Shown: in pieces, positions 52,701 to 62,755 of the stretch
How the letters are laid out: every line of letters starts with the position of its first letter
Numbering within the stretch: position 1 is the stretch's first letter
Origin: Sedimentisphaerales bacterium
GTDB taxonomy: Bacteria > Planctomycetota > Phycisphaerae > Sedimentisphaerales > SM23-30
Assembly: GCA_963663965.2 (NCBI GenBank)
Contig: CAXXFK010000031.1
Span: forward strand, 137,097 to 201,096
DNA length: 64,000 nucleotides
Direction: 5' to 3'
Notes under the pieces: model-generated
Databases searched by the model: none
Seen by the model: the letters and a program-made list of their open reading frames with translations, nothing else
What the model was told of the DNA's origin: nothing
Made by a program: the position numbers and the translations under genes

Positions 52701-52788
52701 CTCCTTCGCCGCTTTGAGCATAGATTAATGACTCATAACCGATTAGAACTATTAATGATAATATCCAGAATTTCAATAATTTGCACAC
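49723..52788 (-). CDS. LamG + Ig-like + GH146/GH127 beta-L-arabinofuranosidase-family protein
   Basis: WQRFFDLG LamG; RGHASGHYL, PYYTLHK, GEYGGMNE, HANQHIP, ETCATYNLLKL, CCNGT. Probable GTG start at 52788 after AAGGAG; the ORF track extends to 52863. Confidence 0.9.
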   Translation of the reverse strand: MCKLLKFWILSLIVLIGYESLIYAQSGEGDQFLDGIGETAMIARYLFNGNVNDSSRNSLHASLQGRQGVFVEDDQFGKVLSLPGGRNGAYVQVPGQALDGIENLSVTGWIWVNDLIPWQRFFDLGQDLNRYFFCTPVGEERSNGCRVRITADGYGREQGPAAFRVATGQWVHLATVLDSAKKTLSLYVDGIRVGQSVIKDVTLAEIINQNDVATNRICLGKSLFDQDSCLSGKLYDVRFYRIALSDQQVAVICHNAVSDEDIAVAEDEKPTEGVEMSDGRLLTRGLMNVPDIELKTKVGQLPHLPYYLNGIYRDGLDGPLVRVIWPAPLDNQEVHQPGTYTITGTVPGTSFKPQATVIVLDKSEDRPMPRISLESFPLGQVVLEPDMEGHATPFMKNRDKFILGLARTNPDTFLYNFRDAFGQKQPEGVRPLGGWDSQTTRLRGHASGHYLTAIAQAYASTTYDSELHEDFARKMNYMIDILSDLARKSGRPGSEGGPCNTDPATVPPGEGRDGYDSDLSKVGIRTDYWNWGEGFISGYPPDQFIMLEQGATYGGRNNQIWAPYYTLHKILAGLMDCYEVGGNTKALEIATGMGLWVYKRLNVLPEETRIKMWNRYIAGEYGGMNEVMARMYRLTGDDRFLACARLFDNIDFFFGDVAHDHGLAKNVDTIRGKHANQHIPQITGSLETFKGTGDGAYYQIAENFWDICTHCYMYSIGGVAGARNPNNAECFTAQPNTLFHNGFARGGQNETCATYNLLKLSRQLFMFDQNARYMDYYEQALYNHILASVDEDNPGNTYHVPLNPGARKSFGNARMDGFTCCNGTALESSTKLQDSIYFKSTDNSALYINLFVPSTLRWEEKKVTIKQRTSFPYDDRTTLTLLGEGTFDMYIRVPRWIDDEFLLKINGEVLRVNANAGSYLKLKRNWKDGDVVEIKLPMDFHLCPVMDQPNIASIFYGPILLAGEEPEALTDWRPITLKAADIRQSIKGDADKLRFSTNGVNLKPFYEMYGRYSVYFDITLE

Positions 52789-52843
52789 AGTTATCGTACT
52801 CCTTAAATTATGCGCAATTCCATTTGTTTTTTGAGCACTATGC

Positions 52844-53791
52844 CTATTGGGGACTCTGGCCAAACGTTGTCTTTGCCACTCCCTCAGAAGTCATTGTTAC
52901 CGGTTTGATCAATCCGGCAGAATCATACTCGAGCTTGTCAATAGCCGTTTTTCTGGAATCCGGATAGGGCCCATCCCCGGAAACATATTCCCAGCGATGA
53001 TAAACAATATACCATTGATCCGTAACCGGATTGCGTAAAAAAGAATGATGACCCGGCCCTTTAAACGTTTCATTACTGCTTAATATACAACCTTGATACT
53101 TCCAGGGCCCCATGGGCCCATGGGCTGTCGCATAATGAACCGAATAAGAACTGGTCTGCCACCCTCCATGGCTGTAAGATAAATAATAGGTTCCGTTTCG
53201 ATAATGCATAAAAACGCCCTCGGTAAATGCCGGCGGTGTCTGGACTTCAATTTCTCTGGCAAAAGTAGTCATGTTATCGTTTAGTTCAAACATCCGCAGT
53301 TTAGCCCCGGCGCTTCCTCCGGCGTAAAGATAATGCTTACTGGAGTTGGGATCTTGAAACACCATCGGATCGATGGCTTCGAAGGCAGGATCGTTATTAT
53401 CAGACAGCAAAGCCCGGCCGCTGTCTTTGAAAGGGCCCATAGGAGTTATCCCGGTTGCGACACCAATATGAGAAGGCTTAGGCCCCACGGAATAATAAAA
53501 ATAAAAAACACCTTTTTTTTCTGTGATGGCCGGCGCCCAGGCATATTTTCCCCAGGGTATCCAGTCTATCATGCTGAAATCAAGAATTGGCCCTTCCCGC
53601 TTCCATGATACCAGATCGGATGATGAAAATACATAAAACTTCCCCCGTGAGCCATAAGTGGGATAGATATAAACCGTATCGCCATAAACAACTGCGTGCG
53701 GATCTGCAGCAGTAAATACAGGATTGACAGCCCATAACTCAAAGGGTGTTATTATAATAAATAAGATCGATAATTTATGGTATGGTTTCAT
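52844..53791 (-). CDS. GH43 glycoside hydrolase
   Basis: ADPH, WAP, AIDP, TEG, GPGHHS five-bladed-propeller motifs. Confidence 0.92.
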   Translation of the reverse strand: MKPYHKLSILFIIITPFELWAVNPVFTAADPHAVVYGDTVYIYPTYGSRGKFYVFSSSDLVSWKREGPILDFSMIDWIPWGKYAWAPAITEKKGVFYFYYSVGPKPSHIGVATGITPMGPFKDSGRALLSDNNDPAFEAIDPMVFQDPNSSKHYLYAGGSAGAKLRMFELNDNMTTFAREIEVQTPPAFTEGVFMHYRNGTYYLSYSHGGWQTSSYSVHYATAHGPMGPWKYQGCILSSNETFKGPGHHSFLRNPVTDQWYIVYHRWEYVSGDGPYPDSRKTAIDKLEYDSAGLIKPVTMTSEGVAKTTFGQSPQ

Positions 53792-53824
53792 CTTGGATAC
53801 TCTTTAAAGTAAAAAACTCCCATG

Positions 53825-56800
53825 CTAATTTTGTTTCGACCTGATAATCCGTAAGTCAAATATTCCGCCGGCCCAGTTGCTGGATTTGGGTTTGAATAAA
53901 ACAGTAATGGTTTTTTTGTCTTGAACCATTTTTTCAGGCAATGCATACCTGACCTCAACAAAGTCATCAAGATTCCATTTGTTTACTGTATTTTCGGTGG
54001 TTAAAAGCTGGCCATCGATGAAGATATCGAACGTTCGCCTTCCTGTTTCATGTCCCCAGTATAGCACCATCAGTTCAAGGTCAGCATGGGAGCCCGTTTC
54101 CATTTCATAACTGAACCACCCGGGCGCCATCACATGCCGAAAACGAATCCCGCGATAGAGTCCTGAATCTGATCGTTCCGATCGAAGGTGATGATCCGCC
54201 TCGGGCTGCTGTTCACCAGGAATTACTCGATCTACGGTCAGGCTATCCAGTAGCAACTTTTTCTGTTCCTGTTCCCTGATCTCACCTCTGATTTTTTCGT
54301 ATTGATCTGGCTGAATGATCCGCCAGTACATCATATAACGGCTGTCATGAACTCGAAAAAACGGTTCAAGTGTCAGTTCCTTATACTGTTCCGGCCTGAC
54401 CACATTTTTTACCGAAAAGTGCAAAGGAAGACCGTCTGACAGTGGTCGAATCGCCGATATCACCGAGTCACAGTCACCCAATAACATCGGGGCATCATTC
54501 AAGCTCAGGAGTTGACCATGAGCAATATGGCTCCAGCGGCCATCATCTGCCTTCAAGCCCACAAGATCTTCTATGCCGGTTTTGGCAGTCAGGACAATCG
54601 GTCCATACAAAATAGCCGCATAATCGGGAACATTGGGCATCGATTCAATGGATAAGTGCATGAGAACGTTTATTTCCAGCTGATCTCCATCCTGCCAGGT
54701 ACGGGTAATATCAACATATGTGGAAGGATTGGAATCGGCGCTCCATATCTTATCGCCTATTCGAAACGTTAATTGACCTGCAGGCACCCATCGTGGATGC
54801 CTCACCTTAAGCGTAAAGGTATTGGGTTTGTCTGTCTTGATGGTTAATACTGTTTTTGCCTGGTCCGGGAAACGGGTTTCCTGACAGAGTCGTACCCCCT
54901 GCTCAGTCCAGTCAAGCTCAGAAGCGATAAATAAATTCAGATACAAAATGCCGGGGGCGTGACTGTAGATAAACTCCGCGTGTTTACCGTGATTTTCCAT
55001 ACCCGTACCCACGCAACACCACATCGCCTGATTGGGTGCAGAATAAACGCGGTAATGGCGTGGCCGGGCCGGGGTAAAATAGACATAACCGCCGTGATCA
55101 GGATGCTGGGAAGAAAGGATATGGTTATAAAGCGCCCGTTCATAAAAATCGGCATATTTCGCCAGGGGCTGGCTTCGATGCAGCGATTGGGTCAGTTTGA
55201 GCATATTGTACGTGTTACAGGTTTCCGGTCCTTCACGCTCTTCGATCATTTCAAAACAGGCATCAGCCGCCGGAAAATGTTCCCGCCGGCTATTGCCGCC
55301 AAAGGCCAGTGACCGTTGCTCTACTACTGTGTCCCAGAAAAACCCGGCGGCATCATGATAAATAGGGCCTCCCCCCAGTTCGGCAATCCGCTGAAAACCG
55401 ACCGCTTTGGGAACCTGAGTATTGGCATGCTTATTATCCAGTGTGTCCCGCCGTTCAGCCATGGGTGTCAGCAGTTGTCGATGACAAAACCTTTTCGCCA
55501 GCGTTAAATATTTGATATCGCCGGTAATCGCATAGACATCCGCCAGAACTTCATTCATGCCGCCGTGTTCTTGATCCAGCATGGATTCCATCTGTTGATC
55601 GGTGAAATTCTTTACCAGTTCATTACACCAGTCAGCCAGTTCAATCAGAATGGTCTTTGCCTGAGAGTTTCCTCCGCAGAGCCACGCATCCCGTAAACCG
55701 GCAAAGGTCTTATGCAGATTGTACCAGGGAACCCAGCCTTTTGAGGTGGCCTTGGGATTGCCCCGGCGAACCTGATCCCACAATTCTTTACTGCCCGGCA
55801 CACCGCCCACATAACCATTGCCATGGGCAGCCTGACACAAGGCCAACTCATTGATGATGTAATCCATGCGTTGCTTGCATTCAGGATCACCGGTGGCTGC
55901 AACATAAATCGCCATGGCGGAAAGATAATGTCCGCCGATATGGCCATCCAGTCCAATCCAGTTGGGGTAGCTTTCCGCTTTTGGTTTTAAACCAGCTTCT
56001 TTACGAAACGGCGCAAGCAGCCGGTCGACATCATACTGAAGCAGGTATTTCTTATTAACATCCCCTGAGTGCTTAAATGGTCCATCCAGTAATTTTACCC
56101 GATTTAATGGAAAATTCTGAATATGCCTCTCTTGTTTCTGCCCGCCATCCACCTGCGTTTTGTTAAACCGGATCACTACCAGTGAATTTGCCGGTACCAG
56201 ATATTGAAAGGATTCATCCATGTCGATCTGAGATACCTGGGGCAATACCTTCGGTGACTGTCCAAAACGATTCACCGCCATCGCCTCGCCCGTCAATGTA
56301 ATACAAGTGGCGGACGTTTTGAAACGTCCCAATGCTGATAAGTCAATATCCACCGGCATAGTCTTCGATGACTTACTCACCAGTTTTATAATCACATCAC
56401 CGGATTGGGTATCCTGCACGCAGGACGCTGCCAGGTCGGGACTGGAAGCGTTTAACCGGTTGGCAAAATCGAGAATCTGAACACCATCTAACCAACAACG
56501 GATCCGGTTTTCGGACACCTCAATCTTGATATCGTACCAGCGATTCAACTCAATCTTTCCGGACTTCGAAGGCCCCATTCTTCCTCGACTGTTATTGACA
56601 GACTTCTCAATCGTATGAAGCGTATTGTTCCAGCCGCCCAGGTTGAGCCAGTAATAATTTTCCGGATCCTGAGCGGCAAAACCTACCAGAAATCCCTCGG
56701 TTCCGCCTGTTTTTCTGGCCTTCAGGGTCAGAGTATACCCCTTTTCCTGATCCGGCAGTGAACACATCGCCAGGGCCGGAGTCGCGCTGGAGCGCTGGCT

Positions 56801-58708
56801 ATAAACTCCATCAGCAGAATCCCACTGCCCGGCCAGCAAACGCCATCGGTTGTCTGGCTTTTCAAAGGTCTCCTCCAGCAGCACCTCGTCGGCGCCGGCC
56901 AGTTTTACATTGTCATACTGAACCTGGCTGTCCCAGGAACCCAGCAAAATACCGCATGGGATCATTTTCTCTTTTTCCCGAACGGGAAGAATCGTCTCAG
57001 TAGGCAAATAAATATCACCACTATGAATACTGAACAATTGCTGGACATAATAATTGACCGATGGCGAGATGGCGAGATTATCAAAATAGATCAGATCCGG
57101 CCGCCACTGGGTACGGCGTTGCTTGGATAATAAGGGCGCATAGGAGGACAACTCTACCAGATCGCCATTTCTTTCCAAAGAAGTCATATAGGCAGCTTCC
57201 GCCAGTGCCGATCTCAAGGTGTTTTCCCGGCCGGTATCGTGAGCAGCATATTCTCCCAGATACACTTTAGTACCGTTACGTGGATAGCCATCGAATCGTT
57301 CCAGATTCTCCCAGAACCAGTCGGGCGATTTATAACCATGTTCATCGACCATTGGCAGCTTTTCGTCTCGGGCGAATTTCCAGCCCTCTTCATAATCGGC
57401 ACCGTCCGTAAAGGGTCCGGTTGTGCCAATAACGACTATCTCAGGATAACGGGCTTTGATCGCATCGTTGATCATGCGATAACGTTCTTTAAACACCGTT
57501 GAAATAACATCTTCATTACCTAAACCCAGGTATTCCAGATGAAACGGTTCAGGATGACCTGCCTGCGCCCGTTTCGCGCCCCATTCAGAAGTCGGCGAAC
57601 CATTCGCCCATTCTATCAGGTCGAGCACCTCTTGAACATACTCCGGCATTTCATCCATGGGAATCCCACGCTGTCCCCTGGGGACCAGGTTTAGGTAATT
57701 ACCCGAATTCTGACAACAGACCCCGGCAGGCACCACAGGGAGCGGCTTGGCGCCGATATCTTCACAAAACTGAAAATACTCGAAGTAACCCAGTCCCATT
57801 GTTTGGTGATAACGCCAGATATTGCGCTGGGCTTTACGCTGTTCTACCGGACCAATGGTATCCTTCCAGCGGTACATGTTTTCCAGACCATCCCCATGCG
57901 CCAGGCAGCCTCCGGGAAACCGAATAAATTTAGGTTTTAAATCCGCAATTACCTGGGCCAGATCTGCCCTCAATCCATTGGGACGATTGCGAAATGTTTT
58001 CTGTGGAAAAAGCGAAATCATATCCAGTGCCAAAATACCGGTACCTTCCACCAATAATACCAGACGGGCATTATCGTCACTGTCAGACGCCTCGATAACC
58101 AGGGAATATTTTTTCCAGGCGTTAGTCAAATCGTTTATTAGCCGTTGGCCAATCAGTTCTCCATCCGCACTTTCCAACCGTACTGTTACCTTTTCAGGAC
58201 TGCCAGATAGAATTTGGGCAAACATGGAAAAATCATATTTTTCACCCCCCTTAATCACCATGCCGTCAAAACCCGTATTACATAATCCCACCCGATCGCC
58301 TGTCTTTTCGATAGTCAGTATGGCATAATGTGGATTATTGTCATTTAACGGCACATCTGTTTCGACAGCAAGAGTGGCTTTTGCTTCCACATTTTGCAGC
58401 AAGTCCCACGAGGTCAGCGAATTCCAATCCCTATTGTCCTCCCGACTATATTCAAAAGAACGATTTTGCACCATTTCAGCATATAAACCACCATCTGCGG
58501 CATAATTGATATCCTCAAAAAATATTCCAAACAGATCGGGACTGATCGGTTTGCCCGCAGTGCCGATCCGGATGAGAGCAGTATCGGAATCCCGGGCATC
58601 CACGGTACCAGCCAGTGCATACACACAGACAATCAACAGCAAGGAAGAAACATATCGGCAACAAGTTAACATATTGGACGGACCTTTCCATATAAACGCT
58701 TTTTTCAT
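53825..58708 (-). CDS. Bifunctional GH51 alpha-L-arabinofuranosidase - GH146/GH127 beta-L-arabinofuranosidase fusion (1627 aa)
   Basis: N-half: GIFFEDIN..DGG, RFPGGC, GNED, DEHGY, GEYA. C-half: GHIGGHYLSA, PWYNLHK, EHGGMNE, HANTQVPK, ETCNTYNMLKL, WCCVGTG, GEQQPEADH. Confidence 0.92.
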   Translation of the reverse strand: MKKAFIWKGPSNMLTCCRYVSSLLLIVCVYALAGTVDARDSDTALIRIGTAGKPISPDLFGIFFEDINYAADGGLYAEMVQNRSFEYSREDNRDWNSLTSWDLLQNVEAKATLAVETDVPLNDNNPHYAILTIEKTGDRVGLCNTGFDGMVIKGGEKYDFSMFAQILSGSPEKVTVRLESADGELIGQRLINDLTNAWKKYSLVIEASDSDDNARLVLLVEGTGILALDMISLFPQKTFRNRPNGLRADLAQVIADLKPKFIRFPGGCLAHGDGLENMYRWKDTIGPVEQRKAQRNIWRYHQTMGLGYFEYFQFCEDIGAKPLPVVPAGVCCQNSGNYLNLVPRGQRGIPMDEMPEYVQEVLDLIEWANGSPTSEWGAKRAQAGHPEPFHLEYLGLGNEDVISTVFKERYRMINDAIKARYPEIVVIGTTGPFTDGADYEEGWKFARDEKLPMVDEHGYKSPDWFWENLERFDGYPRNGTKVYLGEYAAHDTGRENTLRSALAEAAYMTSLERNGDLVELSSYAPLLSKQRRTQWRPDLIYFDNLAISPSVNYYVQQLFSIHSGDIYLPTETILPVREKEKMIPCGILLGSWDSQVQYDNVKLAGADEVLLEETFEKPDNRWRLLAGQWDSADGVYSQRSSATPALAMCSLPDQEKGYTLTLKARKTGGTEGFLVGFAAQDPENYYWLNLGGWNNTLHTIEKSVNNSRGRMGPSKSGKIELNRWYDIKIEVSENRIRCWLDGVQILDFANRLNASSPDLAASCVQDTQSGDVIIKLVSKSSKTMPVDIDLSALGRFKTSATCITLTGEAMAVNRFGQSPKVLPQVSQIDMDESFQYLVPANSLVVIRFNKTQVDGGQKQERHIQNFPLNRVKLLDGPFKHSGDVNKKYLLQYDVDRLLAPFRKEAGLKPKAESYPNWIGLDGHIGGHYLSAMAIYVAATGDPECKQRMDYIINELALCQAAHGNGYVGGVPGSKELWDQVRRGNPKATSKGWVPWYNLHKTFAGLRDAWLCGGNSQAKTILIELADWCNELVKNFTDQQMESMLDQEHGGMNEVLADVYAITGDIKYLTLAKRFCHRQLLTPMAERRDTLDNKHANTQVPKAVGFQRIAELGGGPIYHDAAGFFWDTVVEQRSLAFGGNSRREHFPAADACFEMIEEREGPETCNTYNMLKLTQSLHRSQPLAKYADFYERALYNHILSSQHPDHGGYVYFTPARPRHYRVYSAPNQAMWCCVGTGMENHGKHAEFIYSHAPGILYLNLFIASELDWTEQGVRLCQETRFPDQAKTVLTIKTDKPNTFTLKVRHPRWVPAGQLTFRIGDKIWSADSNPSTYVDITRTWQDGDQLEINVLMHLSIESMPNVPDYAAILYGPIVLTAKTGIEDLVGLKADDGRWSHIAHGQLLSLNDAPMLLGDCDSVISAIRPLSDGLPLHFSVKNVVRPEQYKELTLEPFFRVHDSRYMMYWRIIQPDQYEKIRGEIREQEQKKLLLDSLTVDRVIPGEQQPEADHHLRSERSDSGLYRGIRFRHVMAPGWFSYEMETGSHADLELMVLYWGHETGRRTFDIFIDGQLLTTENTVNKWNLDDFVEVRYALPEKMVQDKKTITVLFKPKSSNWAGGIFDLRIIRSKQN

Positions 58709-58833
58709 ATTCCGTAATACATTGGCAGGTATTTTATCTTATCTAGACATAAATGTAAACCATTTTTCCAGACCCGGGCTAGGAAATGAGTACGATCCAG
58801 AATTGAATAATTACTGACCGGCTGAATTCCGTT

Positions 58834-61800
58834 TTATAACGACAACTTGCTGGTACATTCCTTATGAAAGCAGTACAACACTGGTACGACCAGCATGGTC
58901 AGTACCTCAATAGCCATACCACCAAACACTGGGATAGCCATGGGGACCATAATATCAGAACCACGGCCCTTGGAAGTCAAGACCGGAATCAGCGCCAGAA
59001 TGGTTGTTGCGGTGGTCATCAGGCAGGGACGCACCCGTCTCCGGCCCGCCTCCAACACAGAACGGCGTATATCGATCCTGCTGATCGGCCGGTTCTTTTG
59101 AAAAGTCTGATCCAGATAGGTACACATCACCACGCCATCGTCGGAAGCGATCCCAAATAGCGCGAGGAATCCAACCCAGATAGCCACACTTAAATTGATG
59201 GGATGAATCTGAAATATAGTTCTTAGCGATTCGCCCATGAGATTGAAATCGAGAAACCAAGGCTGCGACCAGGCCCAGATCATGATAAATCCACCCGACC
59301 AGGCAACCAGAATACTGGAAAAAAATTAATAAACTCACCGGGATTGATTTAAACTGGAAGTAAAGAATCATGAAAATAATAAACAATGCCAGCGGTATCA
59401 CCAGCGCCAGGGTCCGTTGTGCCCTTAACTGATTCTCATAACTTCCGGCAAAGACATAGCTGACACCATTAGGAAGGGTGATCTCGCCGCTGTCAATCTT
59501 CTCTTTTATATAAGCCTTACACGCATCCACCACATTAACCTCGGCATACCCCGCCTTTTTATCAAATAACACATAGCCCAGTAAAAAGGTGTCTTCGCTC
59601 TTGATGGCCTGAGGTCCCCGGATATAGCGAATATCCGCCAATTGGATTAACGGTATCTGAGATCCATCTTCTGCCGCCACCAGTATGCGTCCCAGCGATT
59701 CAATTTCATCCCTCAATTCACGCATATAGCGGATCCGGACTGGATATCGTTCCCGACCTTCGACCGTCATAGTGACTGCCTTGCCTCCTACTGCCACTTC
59801 TATAGTATTTTGCACTTTCTGGATACTAAGGCCATAACGGGCTATTTTCTCTCGATCGATGTCGATTTCCAGATAGGGTTTCCCGACCACCCGGTCGGCA
59901 ATAACCGCGGACGGCTCCACGCCCTCAACCTCTTTTAACGCCGCTTCCAATTCCAGGGCAACTTTTTCAATGGTTTTCAGGTCGGGGCCTTTCACCTTAA
60001 TCCCCATGGGCGCCCTCATGCCGCTTTGCAGCATGACCAGCCGCGCTGCGATCGGTTGAAGCTTGGGCGCGCTGGTCGTTCCAGGAATCTGGCCCGCTGC
60101 GACAATTTCATTCCAGATATCATCGGCCGAATGAATATGTTCCCGCCATTGCCGATAGGGCCGGCCATGTTTATCGGGTATCAGTTTCCCCTGGTCATCA
60201 CGGAGATACTGTTCTTTTGTCCGGTCATATTTAAATCGCAGTTTTTTTCCGTCCGAATTGACCAGGTACTCGGATTTATAATTAATAACCGTTTCGACCA
60301 TTGATACCGGCGCCGGATCAAGCGGACTGTCGGCCCGGCCAATTTTCCCAACAACGCTGTCTATCTCTGGAATGGATTGAAACGCCAGGTCCTGTGTCTG
60401 TAACACATCCAATGCTTCGCCTATCGAGGCATGTGGCATAGTGGTAGGCATATATAAAAATGAGCCTTCATCCAGCGGCGGCATGAATTCATTACCCAGA
60501 CTGGTCCATATCCATCCGCCAAACGCTATTAAACCTACTGGAACCGACAACAAAAATACTTTGTGATTTAAACACCACGCCAGGATGAATGGATAAGTCT
60601 TTTGGAACAGATAAAAGAACAATAGCAACGATCCAATAATTACCAGAATAAAAACCGTATTAAAAAACAATCCTTTTTCCGGGCCCAGCGGCATCCAGTG
60701 CCCCGCCAGAACAAATGCCACCAAAATCAACACGATGATATTTAGCAAGAATGATCCGCCTCTTTTCAGTCGGCCCGGATTGGGTTTTCCTCCCTTTTCA
60801 AACAAAATCAAAGCGGCAACCGGTATCACGGTAAGCGCAATGACAATGGACGCCAGTAGCGCAAAAGTCTTGGTAAATGCCAGGGGCCTGAATAATTTCC
60901 CTTCCGCGCCAGTCATGGTAAACACCGGCAGGAATCCCACAATGGTTGTGGTAACTGCCGTGAGTACTGCGCCTCCGACTTCACTGGATGCCTTATAGAC
61001 AATATCCAGCTTGCGTTCTTTACCGTCAGAGGCATGCAGATGTTTAAGAATATTCTCGCATATAATGATCCCCATGTCGACAATGGTACCGATCGCGATG
61101 GCAATCCCGGACAAGGCGACAATATTGGCGTCCACCTTAAACAATTTCATCGCCACAAAGCACAGGAGCACCGACAGTGGCAACATGGCGCTGATCAGAA
61201 TGGAACTCCGTAAATGCATTACCATAACCAGAACAACAATAATCGTCACCAGAATCTCTTCTGTCAGGGCTGACTCCAAAGTTCCCAGGGTTTCATAGAT
61301 CAACCCGGTTCGGTCATAAAAGGGTACAATGGTCACCTGAGATATCGTGCCATCGGCAAGATTTTTGCTGGGCAGACCCGGCGCGATTTCAGCGATCTTC
61401 TCTTTGACATTTTTAATGGCCTGCAACGGATTGTACCCATAACGAACAACCACCACACCCCCGACAGCCTCCGCTCCGCCTTTATCCAGTGCGCCACGCC
61501 GAAAAGCCGGCCCGAGTGAGACTTTGGCAATCTGCCGAATAGTCACTGGCACATTTTCTTGAACTTTGATAACGGTGTTTTCAATATCAGACAGGTGCTT
61601 GATGAAACCCAGCCCGCGAATCACATATTCCACTTTGTTAAATTCGAGTGTCCGGGCGCCAACATCGATATTGGATGCCTTAACGGCATTAAAGATGTTT
61701 TCCAACGTCACACCATAGGCGCGCATGGCATCCGGATCAACATCGATTTGATATTCCTTGACATAACCGCCTATAGAAGCCACCTCACTGATTCCACTGG

Positions 61801-62389
61801 CTCCCTGCAAGGCATACCTCACCTGCCAGTCCTGAATGCTGCGCAGATCCTGCGGATCCCATCCCCCTACAGGATTGCCTTCGTCATCGCGTCCCTCCAG
61901 AGTATACCAGAACACTTGCCCCAATGCCGTGGCATCAGGGCCCAGTGCTGGTTTAACATTTTCAGGCAGTGTTCCCGGCGTCAATGAATTCAGCTTCTCC
62001 AGAATACGGCTCCGGGATGGATAAAAATCAGCCTTCTCTTCAAAAATGATATAAATGGATGAATACCCAAAAAACGAGTAACTGCGGATGGTCTTAACAT
62101 CCGGTATCCCCATTAACGATACCGTTAAAGGATACGTGATCTGATCCTCCACATCCTGAGGCGAGCGGCCCGGCCATTCGGTGAATACAATTTGCTGATT
62201 TTCACCAATGTCCGGAATTGCGTCTACTGGGACAGGATGACGGGGAAGAATATCGCTTTGCCAGTCAAAAGGAGCGGTAAGAACCCCCCATCCGATAAAG
62301 AGAATCGAAACGAGGGCGAGAAACAGCTTATTTTCCAGGCAAAAACGAATAATCTTGTCAATCAGGTTCGTTTTTTCCGGAGTGCTCAT
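58834..62389 (-). CDS. cusA: Heavy-metal efflux RND permease (CusA/SilA type); frameshift at ~59320
   Basis: VDAIPDIGENQQIV, GPDATALG, GIAIAIG, EFMPPLDEG, RRVRPCLMT, PMAIP..GG; ORF 58834-59283 is the C-terminus. Confidence 0.9.
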
Positions 62390-62404
62390 AAATGTTATTG
62401 TTGG

Positions 62405-62737
62405 TTATTCGGTTTTAAATTGGGGTAGTTTGGCCAGATATTTTTCCGGTTCTGCCAAAAACTTCTCTTCGCAACCAGGACAGCAGAAATAAACTCTCTT
62501 GCCTTTATATTCCACAAAGATATCCTTGTTAATCGGTTCACCCATAACTGGACATACGGTTTGTTCAACTTGCACGATCGCCTCGTTACCCTCTGGAGTA
62601 GTGGTCTGCTTATCCGGATTTTTAACTGGGGGCGTCGTGGTTGTCGTATCTTCTTTCTGACATCCAGTCAGGCCTGCCAAAGCAAGCATGAATACCAGTG
62701 AACATGTGATGCTGATTGCCTTCAGGTTCTTTTTCAT
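62405..62737 (-). CDS. YHS-domain lipoprotein
   Basis: Lipobox LTGC; CPVMGEPI...YKGKRVYFCCPGCEEKF..PEKY. Confidence 0.88.
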   Translation of the reverse strand: MKKNLKAISITCSLVFMLALAGLTGCQKEDTTTTTPPVKNPDKQTTTPEGNEAIVQVEQTVCPVMGEPINKDIFVEYKGKRVYFCCPGCEEKFLAEPEKYLAKLPQFKTE

Positions 62738-62755
62738 TGGAAATCTCCTGTAAAA

